Assembly: GCA_949289935.1 (NCBI GenBank) | Contig: CASEQD010000002.1 | Location: 1,847 to 65,846 of the forward strand | From: an uncultured Pseudomonadota bacterium | Lineage (GTDB): Bacteria > Pseudomonadota > Alphaproteobacteria > RF32 > CAG-239 | Reading direction: 5' to 3' | DNA: 64,000 nucleotides | Shown here: piece by piece, positions 1 to 9,948 of the stretch | How the letters are laid out: the number at the start of each line of letters is the position of its first letter | Numbering within the stretch: the first letter of the stretch is position 1 | Translations under genes and position numbers: made by a program | The notes under the pieces: generated by a model | Seen by the model: only the letters and a program-made list of their open reading frames with translations | Told to the model about the DNA's origin: nothing | The model's database searches: none

Positions 1-355
1 TTGTATTTAATACGCCGAACAGGTTGGTGTTAAATGTGTTATATACGGAATTGTCGTCTTCATTCAGTGTTCCGATGCCGGCGTTGGCAATGACAATATT
101 TAGCGGTGTTTTGTTTTCGCATTCATTTATCCAGCCGGTCATTGCCGAACGGTCGGTTACGTCAATGATCTTTGTTTCGGTTTCGGCGCCGAGATTTTGA
201 CAGCGGCGGCAGACGTCCTGCAGGCGTTCGGCATTTCGGCCGCAGATGTACAGTTTTGCCGCGGAGGTTTTGGCGTATTGCAGCGCCAGAGCTTCGCCGA
301 TGCCGCTTGATGCACCGGTGATGAGAACATTGAGACAGCGTTTTGATGTTGCCAT
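1..355 (-). CDS. short-chain dehydrogenase/reductase (SDR) family protein, N-terminal part only; the C-terminus lies outside the window
   Basis: The minus-strand ATG at 355 reads MATSKRCLNVLITGASSGIGEALALQYAK..., which contains the TGxxxGIG Rossmann motif of classical SDRs. The frame stays open to position 1. It is missing from the ORF track because it runs off the edge. Confidence 0.7.
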   Translation of the reverse strand, partial: MATSKRCLNVLITGASSGIGEALALQYAKTSAAKLYICGRNAERLQDVCRRCQNLGAETETKIIDVTDRSAMTGWINECENKTPLNIVIANAGIGTLNEDDNSVYNTFNTNLFGVLNT

Positions 356-461
356 TTTGATAATTCCTTTGTAAAATATTTTTTGTTTATTTTAGTTAAA
401 ATAAAAAAATAATTGAAATTTTTCACGGCAGTTTTGCACATTTTGTAAAAAGGAGAAGGAC

Positions 462-1124
462 ATGGAAGATATTATCGGCAGACTGAAGCAGGTGCGCCGC
501 GGGGCGATGTTTATTATCGAGGGTCCTTCCGGAACGGGAAAAGGAGCAATCTGCAAGGAGATTTTGGCTCAGGACGAGCATATTAAGTTTTCGGTTTCGG
601 CGACGACGCGTCCTAAAAGGGAAAACGAACGGGACGGAACGGATTATTATTTTATCAGTGATGAGCAGTATGACAAGCTGAAAGCGGAAGATGCTTTTTA
701 TGAATGTGTCGATTCCCAGTACGGCGCCCGTTACGGAACACTGCGTTCGGAAGTGGACAGTTTTCTGAATGTCGGGGAAGACGTGTTGTTTGATATGGAC
801 TGGGCCGGCGCCCGGCAAATGAAAGCCAAAGCACCGAACGATGTGGTTACGATTTATATTCTTCCGCCGTCGGTGTCGGAGTTGAAAAGGCGTCTGTATA
901 ACCGGGGAACGGATTCCGACGAGGTTATCAATAAACGAATGTCTCAGTTTACGGATAAAATCAGTCATTGGAAAGAGTTTGATTACGTTCTGGTCAACCT
1001 TAATCTGGAAGAGACGGTTTATAAAGTGCAGAAAATTATTTCCGCCGAGAGAATGAAAAGAGTCAGACAAACAGGTTTGGCGGATTTTGTTGCGCATCTG
1101 ACGGAAGAAGCCGGACATGAATGA
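462..1124 (+). CDS. gmk: guanylate kinase
   Basis: 220 aa with P-loop GPSGTGKG and a guanylate-kinase-type body (SATTRPKRENERDGTDYYF). A GGAG-type RBS lies upstream. Confidence 0.9.
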   Translation: MEDIIGRLKQVRRGAMFIIEGPSGTGKGAICKEILAQDEHIKFSVSATTRPKRENERDGTDYYFISDEQYDKLKAEDAFYECVDSQYGARYGTLRSEVDSFLNVGEDVLFDMDWAGARQMKAKAPNDVVTIYILPPSVSELKRRLYNRGTDSDEVINKRMSQFTDKISHWKEFDYVLVNLNLEETVYKVQKIISAERMKRVRQTGLADFVAHLTEEAGHE

Positions 1125-1617
1125 GTTTTTTTTCGACAGAAGAGGCCGCCGGAAATATGCCGATGACATTATTCCCGTTCATAAGGACGGTTATTTTGCC
1201 CTGTTGGTTAAAGACGGAAAATTTCTTCTGACTTATCCGCCGGATGTTACAATTCCGGAAATTCCCGGAGGAAGCATCCACCGGGGAGAAACTTTCAGGG
1301 ATTGTCTGTTTCGGAAGCTTTATGAAGAAACGGGAATAGAGTTTATGCTTGACTGGGGGCAGGAGACTTTTGAACAGACGTTTTTTTATTATGCCGATGA
1401 TGAAAAGCCGGACGGCGGTTTTTATGTTTATCATCAGACGTTTGTTGTTTATGATGCCTCAAATTATGGTTTTGATACAGGAAAAAGATTGTGGCGGACT
1501 CCGGAGAACGGAAGAGCCGGCTGGTTTGACGCCGAGAAGGTGTTTTCAGGAGAAATTGAAGTAAATTATGGGCACAGACTTGCCCTGCAGGCGTTGTTTT
1601 CCGGGGAAGAAAGCTGA
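1117..1617 (+). CDS. NUDIX hydrolase
   Basis: Contains a Nudix box, GGSIHRGETFRDCLFRKLYEETGIE. The start overlaps the gmk stop by 8 nt. Confidence 0.75.
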   Translation: MNEFFFDRRGRRKYADDIIPVHKDGYFALLVKDGKFLLTYPPDVTIPEIPGGSIHRGETFRDCLFRKLYEETGIEFMLDWGQETFEQTFFYYADDEKPDGGFYVYHQTFVVYDASNYGFDTGKRLWRTPENGRAGWFDAEKVFSGEIEVNYGHRLALQALFSGEES

Positions 1618-1621
1618 ATTT

Positions 1622-2194
1622 TCAGGAAGAGGAGAGCTTTTGCCTTTGTTTCCGGGTCATGGCTTTGTAGACTTTTGCCGCGTTTTCTCCGGCGTTTGGG
1701 ACATTTAGCTTTCCGGCTTTGCGGTATAAGCGGAATGCTTTTATTAAATCCGGTTTGACGCCGATGCCTCTGGCATAGATGTAAGCATAAATTTCAACGG
1801 CTTGGGGATCGTTTTTTTCGGCTTTTTCAGCAACGGCCTGAAGCTCAACCGGCGTTACGCGGTTTTCTTTAACGGCTTCCAAAGTTTGCTGCCATTGCCG
1901 GAGACGGGTTTCTTCTTCCAGTTTGCGCAACAGGCGTTTGTTCTCAAAATCAATGACGCTGTTGTTTTCCTGCGTGAGCGGAATCAGCGGGGGATTGGGA
2001 GCTGTCTGTCGGAGGCTTTCTTCATCAAGAATGAATTCCGGTGCGTTGCGGTTTTTGACAAACAGAGGCAGGTAGCCGCTGTTGTCTTCGCGGACAATGT
2101 CGCGGTACAGTTCGTCCAGACTTGTTGCCTGAACCGGTAGCCCGGCACAGATGTTGAGAAAAAGCACATAAATAAAAGTTTTTGTTTTTATCAT
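1622..2194 (-). CDS. secreted Sel1-like repeat protein
   Basis: N-terminal signal-like segment (KTFIYVLFLNICAGLPVQA). One Sel1-type repeat is recognisable (AVEIYAYIYARGIGVKPDLIKAFRLYRKAG). Confidence 0.45.
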   Translation of the reverse strand: MIKTKTFIYVLFLNICAGLPVQATSLDELYRDIVREDNSGYLPLFVKNRNAPEFILDEESLRQTAPNPPLIPLTQENNSVIDFENKRLLRKLEEETRLRQWQQTLEAVKENRVTPVELQAVAEKAEKNDPQAVEIYAYIYARGIGVKPDLIKAFRLYRKAGKLNVPNAGENAAKVYKAMTRKQRQKLSSS

Positions 2195-2293
2195 TTTTTT
2201 ATGATTTTAATCTTATAAATGTGTTTATATGATAACAAATGAAGCCGTTAAAACAAACAGCTTTTGCGCTTTATGAACAAGTTAGAGGCTCTG

Positions 2294-3220
2294 ATGAAAA
2301 AGATTTTTAATTCAATTACGGAAATGGTCGGAAATACGCCGTTGCTGAATATGAGGCGCTTGTGCCGCAAACATAAGGTTAAAGCCGTTATTCTCGGAAA
2401 ATGCGAGGCTTATAATCCGTTATTTTCAGTTAAAGACAGGGTGGCGCTGCATATGTTGGAAAAGGCAGAAAAAAGCGGCCGGATTAATGAAAAAACGGTT
2501 TTTCTGGAAGCAACTTCGGGTAATACGGGAATAGCGCTGGCCGCGATGTGCGCCGCCAAAGGGTATAAACTGGTTATTACCATGCCGGAAAATATGAGCG
2601 AAGAAAGAATCCGGCTGATGAGACATTTCGGAGCGGAAGTGATTCTGACGCCGGCCGAAGACGGTATGGACGGAGCCATCAAAAAGGCAGAAATTCTTAA
2701 AGAAAAGAATCCGGATGTGATTATGCTTAAACAGTTTGAAAATGATGCCAATCCCGAGGCTCACCGGTTGGGAACAAGTATGGAAATTATCGGAGATACG
2801 GGAGGCAATGTGGATGTTATTGTCAGTACGGTCGGAACTTCGGGAACGCTGACAGGTACGGCTTCAACCCTGAAAAGCTGCAATCCCGATTTGTATGTGG
2901 TTGCCGTTGAACCGGCTTCAAGTCCGGTTTTGAGCGGCGGTAAAAGCGGTCCGCATAAAATTCCCGGCATCGGCGCCGGATTTGTTCCACCTCTGTATGA
3001 TGAAAAACTGGTTGACGAGATTGTTCCGATCAGCGATGACGAAGCCATAGCCATGTTAAAGGATGCCGCGAAAACCGAAGGGCTGCCCGTGGGTGTTTCT
3101 GCAGGTGCGGCTTTGGCTGCAGCCGTGAAAATAGGACAAAGGCCGGAATTTTCGGGGAAAGTGATTGTTGTTATTCTTCCCGACGCTGTTGAGCGTTATT
3201 TGTCGCTGGGGTGGTTCTGA
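2294..3220 (+). CDS. cysK: cysteine synthase (O-acetylserine sulfhydrylase)
   Basis: PLP-enzyme motifs GNTPLL, NPLFSVKDR and SGNTGIALA. The start was chosen at the ATG after a GAGG RBS; the ORF track begins 30 nt earlier at 2264. Confidence 0.85.
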   Translation: MKKIFNSITEMVGNTPLLNMRRLCRKHKVKAVILGKCEAYNPLFSVKDRVALHMLEKAEKSGRINEKTVFLEATSGNTGIALAAMCAAKGYKLVITMPENMSEERIRLMRHFGAEVILTPAEDGMDGAIKKAEILKEKNPDVIMLKQFENDANPEAHRLGTSMEIIGDTGGNVDVIVSTVGTSGTLTGTASTLKSCNPDLYVVAVEPASSPVLSGGKSGPHKIPGIGAGFVPPLYDEKLVDEIVPISDDEAIAMLKDAAKTEGLPVGVSAGAALAAAVKIGQRPEFSGKVIVVILPDAVERYLSLGWF

Positions 3221-3300
3221 TGCAAAAAAATGTTTGCTAAAATTGCAGTTTTTGTTTATGTTGTAGGCAGATTAGTCAAGAAAAAAGCAGATAAAACACA

Positions 3301-4410
3301 ATGAAACCCTCTTCTATTCTCGGAAGATATCTGATTAAGCAGATTATTTGGAATTTTATCTCAGTACTGATAATGGTTCTGGGCATTATCTTTATGTTTG
3401 AGGTAATTGATCTTTTGCGCCGGGTGGCGGATCGTCCCGATATCGGCTGGGGTTTTGTGCTGAAAATGGTGGTTATGAAGCTGCCGCGAACGCTGGATAT
3501 GATTTTTCCGTTTGTAATGATGATTGCAGCGATGGTCACTTTTCAGAAAGTCAGCAAAACCAACGAATTTGTAATTATCCGGGCGGCAGGTGTGTCCGTA
3601 TGGGGTTTTTTGCTGCCGGTTCTGACCGCGGTTTTTGTTATCGGCGCCGTAAATGTCGGTGTTTTTAATCCAATTGCGTCAAAAATGTTGGAGGTTTTTG
3701 AAACGATGGATTATCAGCTTAAAACCAGAAATCCCAAAGCCATGTTGTTTTCGGACAAGGGGTTGTGGATAAGAGAAGCTGCGCCGGACGGAAATGTGCT
3801 GGTTTTGCAGGCGAAATCAGTTCGTCAGGAAAATGAAAACACGTTGTTTTTGCATGATACGGATATTTTAGAGCTTGATCACCGTTCACAGATTATCCGA
3901 CAGGTTGACGCGTTTATGGCCGTGCTGAAAAACGATGAGTTTGAATTGAAAGACGTGAATGTTTTTGAGGCGGGAAAGCCCCGGAAAGCCCTTAATAAAA
4001 TTAAGTATAAAACCTCAATTACCGTGGATCGGATAAAAGAGAATTTTATTGACCCGGACGCAATTTCGTTTTGGGAGCTTCCAAAAACAATTGATTTTTA
4101 TAAAAAGTCAGGTTTTTCGGTTGTTAAACATCAACTTCGTTATATGTCGCTGATCGCCTCTCCGTTTATGTTGTGCGCAATGGTTTTGGTGGCGGCGGTT
4201 TTTGCTTTGCGTCCGAACAACCGCCGGGGCGGGGTGATGTTTTTAATTGTCGGCGGGATTGTGGCCGGTTTTCTGGTTTATTTTTCGTCGCAGGTTATTT
4301 ATACTTTCGGATTGAACGGTTATATTCCGGTGTTTATGGCGGTGTGGAGTCCGATATTGATTACGTTTTTGGTCAGTATTTCCATTCTGCTTCATCTTGA
4401 AGACGGCTAA
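3301..4410 (+). CDS. lptG: LptF/LptG family LPS export permease
   Basis: 369-aa polytopic protein with a YjgP/YjgQ-type N-terminus (ILGRYLIKQ..., KLPRTLDMIFPF, NEFVIIRAAGVS). Confidence 0.7.
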   Translation: MKPSSILGRYLIKQIIWNFISVLIMVLGIIFMFEVIDLLRRVADRPDIGWGFVLKMVVMKLPRTLDMIFPFVMMIAAMVTFQKVSKTNEFVIIRAAGVSVWGFLLPVLTAVFVIGAVNVGVFNPIASKMLEVFETMDYQLKTRNPKAMLFSDKGLWIREAAPDGNVLVLQAKSVRQENENTLFLHDTDILELDHRSQIIRQVDAFMAVLKNDEFELKDVNVFEAGKPRKALNKIKYKTSITVDRIKENFIDPDAISFWELPKTIDFYKKSGFSVVKHQLRYMSLIASPFMLCAMVLVAAVFALRPNNRRGGVMFLIVGGIVAGFLVYFSSQVIYTFGLNGYIPVFMAVWSPILITFLVSISILLHLEDG

Positions 4411-4447
4411 ATGTGAATGATTCGGAGAAAAATTGTGAATTGCGGGC

Positions 4448-4475
4448 TTGATTTTTTTATTTTATGTGATATAAA
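4448..4475 (+). promoter_or_regulatory. sigma70-like promoter for rimP-nusA-infB
   Basis: TTGATT (4448-4453), a 16-nt spacer, then an extended -10 TGaTATAAA (-10 at 4470-4475). Confidence 0.4.
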
Positions 4476-4501
4476 ACTTGCATAAGTTGACAATATTATT
4501 G

Positions 4502-4530
4502 AAAGTGGGGTTGAAAAGCCCCGCTTTTTT
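4502..4530 (+). terminator. terminator-like hairpin plus T6, either the lptG terminator or a rimP leader attenuator
   Basis: GTGGGG (4505-4510) pairs with CCCCGC (4519-4524) around an 8-nt loop and is followed by TTTTTT. It lies downstream of the putative promoter and 17 nt before the rimP ATG. Confidence 0.4.
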
Positions 4531-4546
4531 GTTAAGGAATTGCCAA

Positions 4547-5050
4547 ATGATGAATAAACATCCGTTATGGGATATGCTGGAGCCGGTTGTGGAACAGCAG
4601 GGTTATGAGTTGATCAGGGTTTTGACCATCGGGGTGCAGAATCCGACGCTGCAGGTTATGATTGACCGCAGGGACGGTTTGGAAGTTACGGTTGACGATT
4701 GTGCAAAAGTCAGCCGGGTTTTGTCGGATGTTCTTGATGAAAAGGATCCTATGGAAAACAGATATTCTCTGGAAGTCAGTTCTCCGGGAATTGACCGGCC
4801 GCTGACAAAGCCTGAGCATTTTAAACGTTTTGCCGGTTATGAGGCAAAAATCGAAACTTCCGTGCCGGTGGAAAAAAGAAAAAGATTTAAAGGCATTATT
4901 CAAAATATTGATGAAAACGGGAATGTCGGGATTGCGGCGGAAGGTGTTTTGTATGAACTGCCTTTTAATGATATTTCAAAAGCAAAGATTGTTATTACGG
5001 AAGAACTGCTCAGAAAATATGAAGCGTCCGAACCGGATGACGAGATATAA
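4547..5050 (+). CDS. rimP: ribosome maturation factor RimP
   Basis: YELIRV..., SLEVSSPGIDRPL motif, and position directly upstream of nusA. The start is the ATG at 4547; the ORF track extends to 4478. Confidence 0.8.
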   Translation: MMNKHPLWDMLEPVVEQQGYELIRVLTIGVQNPTLQVMIDRRDGLEVTVDDCAKVSRVLSDVLDEKDPMENRYSLEVSSPGIDRPLTKPEHFKRFAGYEAKIETSVPVEKRKRFKGIIQNIDENGNVGIAAEGVLYELPFNDISKAKIVITEELLRKYEASEPDDEI

Positions 5051-5073
5051 TTGAAACTTTAACATATACATAA

Positions 5074-6612
5074 ATGAGGATAAAAATGGAAAATATGGAA
5101 AGTATGCCGAGGCCTGAAATTGTTTTGGTTGCAGATACGGTCGCCAGAGAAAAAAATATTGACCGTGAAGATGTTTTTACGGCGATGGAAGTGGCCATTC
5201 AAAAAGGAGCCCGTTCCAAATACGGCGTCGAACATGATATCAGAGCCGTTATCGACCGCAAAACGGGGGCAATTGCCTTGTCTCGCTACAGAGAGGTTGT
5301 GGCGGATGATGCCGTTATTGAAAACGAGGCGGCGCAGATGCCTTTAAGCAAGGCAAGAAAAATAAAACCAGATGCCGAAATCGGAGAATTTTTGGTTGAT
5401 GCGCTTCCTCCCATTGATTTCGGGCGTATTGCCGCACAAACGGCGAAGCAGGTTATTGTGCAGAAAGTTCGTGAAGCCGAACGTAATAAGCAATATGAAG
5501 AGTATCGTGAAAAAATCGGAACCATTGTCAACGGAACGGTCAAAAGGGCGGAATTCGGCAATGTTATTCTGGATATCGGCAAAACGGAAGCTATTTTGCG
5601 CCGGGATGAAATGATTGCCCGTGAAAAGTTTAAAAACGGCGACCGCATCCGTGCTTATGTTCTTGATGTCCGTCGTGAAAACAGAGGGCCGCAAATATTC
5701 TTGTCGAGAACCTGTCCCGAATTTATGGCTAAGTTGTTTACGCAGGAAGTGCCGGAAATTTATGACGGTATTGTCAAAATTATGGGTGTTGCCCGTGATC
5801 CGGGATCTAAAGCGAAGATTGCCGTAAAGGCTGAAGATGTTACGGTTGATGCCGTTGGTGCCTGTGTTGGTTTAAGAGGTATCCGCGTTCAGGCCGTGGT
5901 TAATGAATTGCAGGGTGAAAAAATAGATATTGTGCCGTATTCGGAGGATAAGGCGCAATACGTTGTCAGTGCTCTGGCTCCCGCAGAGGTTACCAAGGTT
6001 GTTCTTGATGAAGAAAACGGACGCATTGAAGTGGTTGTTCCTCAGAATCAGTTTTCTGTTGCAATCGGTCGGCGCGGCCAGAATGTGAAACTTGCTTCGC
6101 AGCTTTTGGGATGCGATATTGATGTGTTGACGGAAGAACAGGAGCAAGAGAGACGTTCCAACGAAAACAAGGTTCGTTCACAGCGCTTTATGGAAGCTCT
6201 TGACGTTGATGAAATGATTGCCCATCTTTTGATTGCAGAAGGTTTTTCAACAGTTGACGAGATTGCATTGGTTGATTTGTCAGAGCTTTCGGAAATTGAA
6301 GGTTTTGACGAAGATGTTGCCAAAGAACTTCAGAGCCGGGCAAAAGAGTTTGTTGCCAAACGCGATCAAGAATTTGCCGACAAGAGCAAATCTTTGGGAA
6401 TTGATGACAAGCTTAAAGATATTGATGGTTTGGAACAAGATATGATTATTTCGTTGGCGGAAAAAGGTGTTAAAACACTGGATGATCTGGCTGATCTGGC
6501 TGCCGATGAGTTAATTGAACTGTTGGGTGAAAATGTTGTTTCGCAGGCAGAAGCCGATAAGATTATCATGGCAGCCCGCGCGCATTGGTTCACCGGAGAG
6601 GAACAGCAATAA
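5074..6612 (+). CDS. nusA: transcription termination/antitermination factor NusA
   Basis: 512 aa with S1 and KH regions (GDRIRAYV, AVGACVGLRGIRVQAV, AIGRRGQNVKLASQL) and a C-terminal HhH-type acidic repeat region. Confidence 0.95.
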   Translation: MRIKMENMESMPRPEIVLVADTVAREKNIDREDVFTAMEVAIQKGARSKYGVEHDIRAVIDRKTGAIALSRYREVVADDAVIENEAAQMPLSKARKIKPDAEIGEFLVDALPPIDFGRIAAQTAKQVIVQKVREAERNKQYEEYREKIGTIVNGTVKRAEFGNVILDIGKTEAILRRDEMIAREKFKNGDRIRAYVLDVRRENRGPQIFLSRTCPEFMAKLFTQEVPEIYDGIVKIMGVARDPGSKAKIAVKAEDVTVDAVGACVGLRGIRVQAVVNELQGEKIDIVPYSEDKAQYVVSALAPAEVTKVVLDEENGRIEVVVPQNQFSVAIGRRGQNVKLASQLLGCDIDVLTEEQEQERRSNENKVRSQRFMEALDVDEMIAHLLIAEGFSTVDEIALVDLSELSEIEGFDEDVAKELQSRAKEFVAKRDQEFADKSKSLGIDDKLKDIDGLEQDMIISLAEKGVKTLDDLADLAADELIELLGENVVSQAEADKIIMAARAHWFTGEEQQ

Positions 6613-6729
6613 ACTCAGCTTTTGTGCGGTTTGGAAGTTTTTATGTCTTTATTAAAGTTTTTATGCTAAAAATTTTTCAAACCGCATGAAGCGCGATGTT
6701 TGTATGGCGTGTTGTCCGAAGAGAGAAAG

Positions 6730-7302
6730 ATGAAACAGGAAACCGAAGACCGAAGATGTATTTTGACGGGAGAAGTGAAGCGCAAAGAAGATTTGTTGCG
6801 TTTTACGGTTGTTGCGGGCGGGCAGGTTGTTCCGGATTTTAAAAAGAAACTTCCCGGCCGGGGAATTTATGTTTCCAATTCCAAAAAGTTGTTGGAAAAA
6901 GCTGTTCAGAAAGGGGCGTTTTCCAAAGCAACCAGAGGGAAAGCCCGGGCAGACGCCTCTTTAACGGAAATGGTTGAAGGTTTGTTGCGGAAAAGAGGGC
7001 TTGAAGCCGTTAACCTGGCCAGAAAAGCCGGTGTGTTTGTTACCGGTTTTGATAAGGTTAAGGATGTTTTGACAAAAGGAAAAGCCGCTTTTGTGTTGGA
7101 AGCCAGAGATGCTGCTTCCGACGGACACAGAAAAGTGCTCAGAGCGGCCGGAGATGCCGAAATTTTCGAATTGTATACTATTGAGGAGCTGGATCAGGCA
7201 TTGGGCAAAGTTAATACCGTACATGCCGCTTTTTTGAAAAGCGAAATGTCAAAAGCAGTGTATGCAGCGTTAAAGCGTTATGAACAATTTTTGAATTCAT
7301 AG
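6730..7302 (+). CDS. YlxR (DUF448)/L7Ae-like RNA-binding protein
   Basis: RRCILTGEVKRKEDLLRF ... LPGRGIYV is the YlxR motif, followed by an L7Ae-like half. It occupies the conserved position between nusA and infB. Confidence 0.7.
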   Translation: MKQETEDRRCILTGEVKRKEDLLRFTVVAGGQVVPDFKKKLPGRGIYVSNSKKLLEKAVQKGAFSKATRGKARADASLTEMVEGLLRKRGLEAVNLARKAGVFVTGFDKVKDVLTKGKAAFVLEARDAASDGHRKVLRAAGDAEIFELYTIEELDQALGKVNTVHAAFLKSEMSKAVYAALKRYEQFLNS

Positions 7303-7340
7303 ACGATAAGCAGAAAAAGAGAAATTGGAGATAATAGTTT

Positions 7341-9827
7341 ATGACCGAGGGTAATGTAAAAGGAAAATTAACGTTGTCGGGAAAGTCTACCCTGACATTG
7401 AAAAACGTGAGCGAGGCATCCCGGCCGCACCATAATGACGGCAAAAAGGTTGTGCAGGTTGAAGTTCGCAAAAAAAGAATTATCGGAAACCGGGGAGAGC
7501 AGGAAGAACCGAAGGTTAAAATAGACGAAGCTACAGCCGCTAAATTGAAGCTTCTTGCCGAAGCTAAAGAACATGATGCTAGACGTCGTCAGGAAGAAGA
7601 AGAAAAGGAACGTTTGCGTTTGCAAAGAAAAGAGGCGGAAGAGCAGGAAAAAGCCCGTAAGGAAGCTGAAGCCCGTCAGGCTGAGGAGGAAAAGGCCGCC
7701 GCTTCCGCGCAACAGACGGCAAAGGAAGAGGCCGCTTCCCAAACGGATAGCACTGTTGTTTCGCAGTTTAAAGCAAAACCCAAGAAATCGTATGATTTTG
7801 ATGAAGATGACAGCGAAGAAGGTTTTCACGGGCATAAATTTAATAAAAAAATTCAGGATAAGTCTTTAAGCAAAGATGAAGTTTTTGAGCAGGAACGCCG
7901 GAAAATTACAAAACGCAGTTTTGAGACACCCCGCCGCGGCGGCAAAGTTAATTTGCAAAATTACGGCAATGATGATTATGATGATGATGACTTTGGTTTC
8001 GGGGTGCCGCACCGCCGGTTTAAGAAAAAACAGCCGAAAACCCAGTCTTTGCAGCCGCCGGTAGAAAAAATCGTTAAAGAAGTCATTATTCCGGAAATTA
8101 TTACGGTTCAGGAATTGGCCAACCGCATGGCGGAAAAAAGCGCCGAAGTTATAAAGAAGCTGATGGCGCTTGGTGTTATGGCTACAATTAATCAGCCGAT
8201 TGATGCCGATACGGCTCAGATTATTGTTGAGGAATTCGGGCATAAATTCAAACGGGTTGCCGACAGTGATGTCGAGCAAGGCCTGACCGGTCCGGAAGAT
8301 AAACCTGAGGATCTGCTGCCCCGGGCGCCGGTGGTTACGGTTATGGGGCATGTCGATCACGGTAAAACTTCGCTGCTTGATGCCTTGCGCGAGACAAACG
8401 TGGCGGCTCGCGAAGCCGGCGGTATTACCCAGCATATCGGCGCTTATCAGATTGAAGTTGCCGGCGGAAAGAAAATTACGTTTATTGATACGCCGGGACA
8501 TGAGGCTTTTTCGGAAATGCGAGCCCGCGGCGCCAAAGTGACGGATATTGTTGTTTTGGTGGTTGCCGCCAATGATGGAATTATGCCGCAGACGGTGGAA
8601 GCTATACGCCATGCTCAGGCTGCAGAAGTTCCGATTGTGGTCGCTATTAATAAGATTGATCTTCCTGGTGCCGATCCGATGAAAGTTAAGACGGCTTTAT
8701 TGCAGCATGGTATTGCCGTGGAGGACATGGGCGGCGAGTATTTGTGCGCCGAAGTTTCCGCTAAGAAAAGGATAAATATTGATAAACTGGTAGAAGCTAT
8801 TTTGCTTCAGGCGGAAATTTTGGATTTGAAAGCAAATCCCAACCGGATGGCTGCAGGAACGGTTATTGAAGCCAAGATGGAAAAAGGCCGGGGGTCGGTA
8901 GCGACGGTTTTGGTTCAGAACGGGACGCTGCATGTCGGTGATGTTTGTATTGCCGGCAAGGAATGGGGGCATGTCCGCGCCATGTTTAACGAAAACGGCA
9001 AGAAAGTTCCGGAAGCCGGTCCGGCAACGCCGGTGGAAATTCTTGGTTTACAAGGAACGCCTGCGGCCGGTGATGATTTTGTTATTGTTAAAAATGAAGA
9101 TCAGGCCAAGGAAGTTACCGGTTACCGAATCCGCAAAGAAAGAGAAGCCAAGCTGGTTAAAAGCGCTAAGTCGGCGATGGAACAGATGCTGGACAAGATT
9201 AAATCAGGCGAGGTTAAACATTTGCCGGTTATTATCAAAGCCGATGTTCAGGGCTCTATTGAGGCGATTGAAGGCACAATCAAAAAGCTTTCCAATGATG
9301 AAGTCAGTGTTCAGATTTTACATTCCGCAGTCGGGCCGATTTCAGATTCTGATGTTACATTGGCAAAGGCTTCCAATGCTTTTATTGTCGGTTTTAATGT
9401 CAGGGCTATTCCTCATGCGCGCGATTTGGCTCGTCAGGATGGTGTTGATATTCGTTATTATTCCATTATTTATGATGTGGCCGATGATATTAAAAAAGCT
9501 CTGGAAGGAATGCTTTCTCCCGAATTGCGTGAAAAAATCATCGGTTATGCGGAAATTCGTAATGTATTTAATATTACCGGGGTTGGCAAAGTCGGCGGCT
9601 GCATGGTTACCGAAGGTTTTGTCCGGCGCGGCGCCAAAGTCAGGCTGTTGCGTGACAATGTGGTTATTCATGACGGGGCATTGGCGCAGCTGAAACGCTT
9701 TAAAGAAGATGTTAAAGAGGTTAAAGCCGGGTATGAGTGCGGTATGAGTTTTGAAAACTATAATGATATTCAGGTCGGAGATTTTATTGAATGTTATGAA
9801 GTGGAGGAAATTGCAGCGACATTATAG
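7341..9827 (+). CDS. infB: translation initiation factor IF-2
   Basis: 828 aa with a Lys/Glu-rich N-terminus and a GTPase core ([24 protein letters not shown]). Confidence 0.95.
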   Translation: MTEGNVKGKLTLSGKSTLTLKNVSEASRPHHNDGKKVVQVEVRKKRIIGNRGEQEEPKVKIDEATAAKLKLLAEAKEHDARRRQEEEEKERLRLQRKEAEEQEKARKEAEARQAEEEKAAASAQQTAKEEAASQTDSTVVSQFKAKPKKSYDFDEDDSEEGFHGHKFNKKIQDKSLSKDEVFEQERRKITKRSFETPRRGGKVNLQNYGNDDYDDDDFGFGVPHRRFKKKQPKTQSLQPPVEKIVKEVIIPEIITVQELANRMAEKSAEVIKKLMALGVMATINQPIDADTAQIIVEEFGHKFKRVADSDVEQGLTGPEDKPEDLLPRAPVVTVMGHVDHGKTSLLDALRETNVAAREAGGITQHIGAYQIEVAGGKKITFIDTPGHEAFSEMRARGAKVTDIVVLVVAANDGIMPQTVEAIRHAQAAEVPIVVAINKIDLPGADPMKVKTALLQHGIAVEDMGGEYLCAEVSAKKRINIDKLVEAILLQAEILDLKANPNRMAAGTVIEAKMEKGRGSVATVLVQNGTLHVGDVCIAGKEWGHVRAMFNENGKKVPEAGPATPVEILGLQGTPAAGDDFVIVKNEDQAKEVTGYRIRKEREAKLVKSAKSAMEQMLDKIKSGEVKHLPVIIKADVQGSIEAIEGTIKKLSNDEVSVQILHSAVGPISDSDVTLAKASNAFIVGFNVRAIPHARDLARQDGVDIRYYSIIYDVADDIKKALEGMLSPELREKIIGYAEIRNVFNITGVGKVGGCMVTEGFVRRGAKVRLLRDNVVIHDGALAQLKRFKEDVKEVKAGYECGMSFENYNDIQVGDFIECYEVEEIAATL

Positions 9828-9852
9828 ATGTTTGTTATGTTAAAGCAAAAAA

Positions 9853-9879
9853 GCGGGGAGTTTTCTTCGCTTTTTTTTT
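9853..9879 (+). terminator. putative intrinsic terminator after infB
   Basis: A short GC stem with two G-U pairs (GCGGGG/CTTCGC) followed by T9. Confidence 0.4.
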
Positions 9880-9880
9880 G

Positions 9881-9908
9881 TTGACTTTTGTCTAATAAGG
9901 CGTAGTAT
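9881..9908 (+). promoter_or_regulatory. sigma70-like promoter of the ORFan at 9949
   Basis: TTGACT, a 16-nt spacer, then TAGTAT. The TTGACTTTTGTCTAA part is identical to 17907-17921. Confidence 0.4.
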
Positions 9909-9948
9909 ACCTTACGATATTTTATTATTTATTTAAATTATTAAACAT

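Noticed and set aside
157-441. 94-aa minus-strand ORF at the left edge
   Set aside because: It is out of frame with the SDR gene, which has a clear TGASSGIG motif starting at 355. It has no recognisable features.
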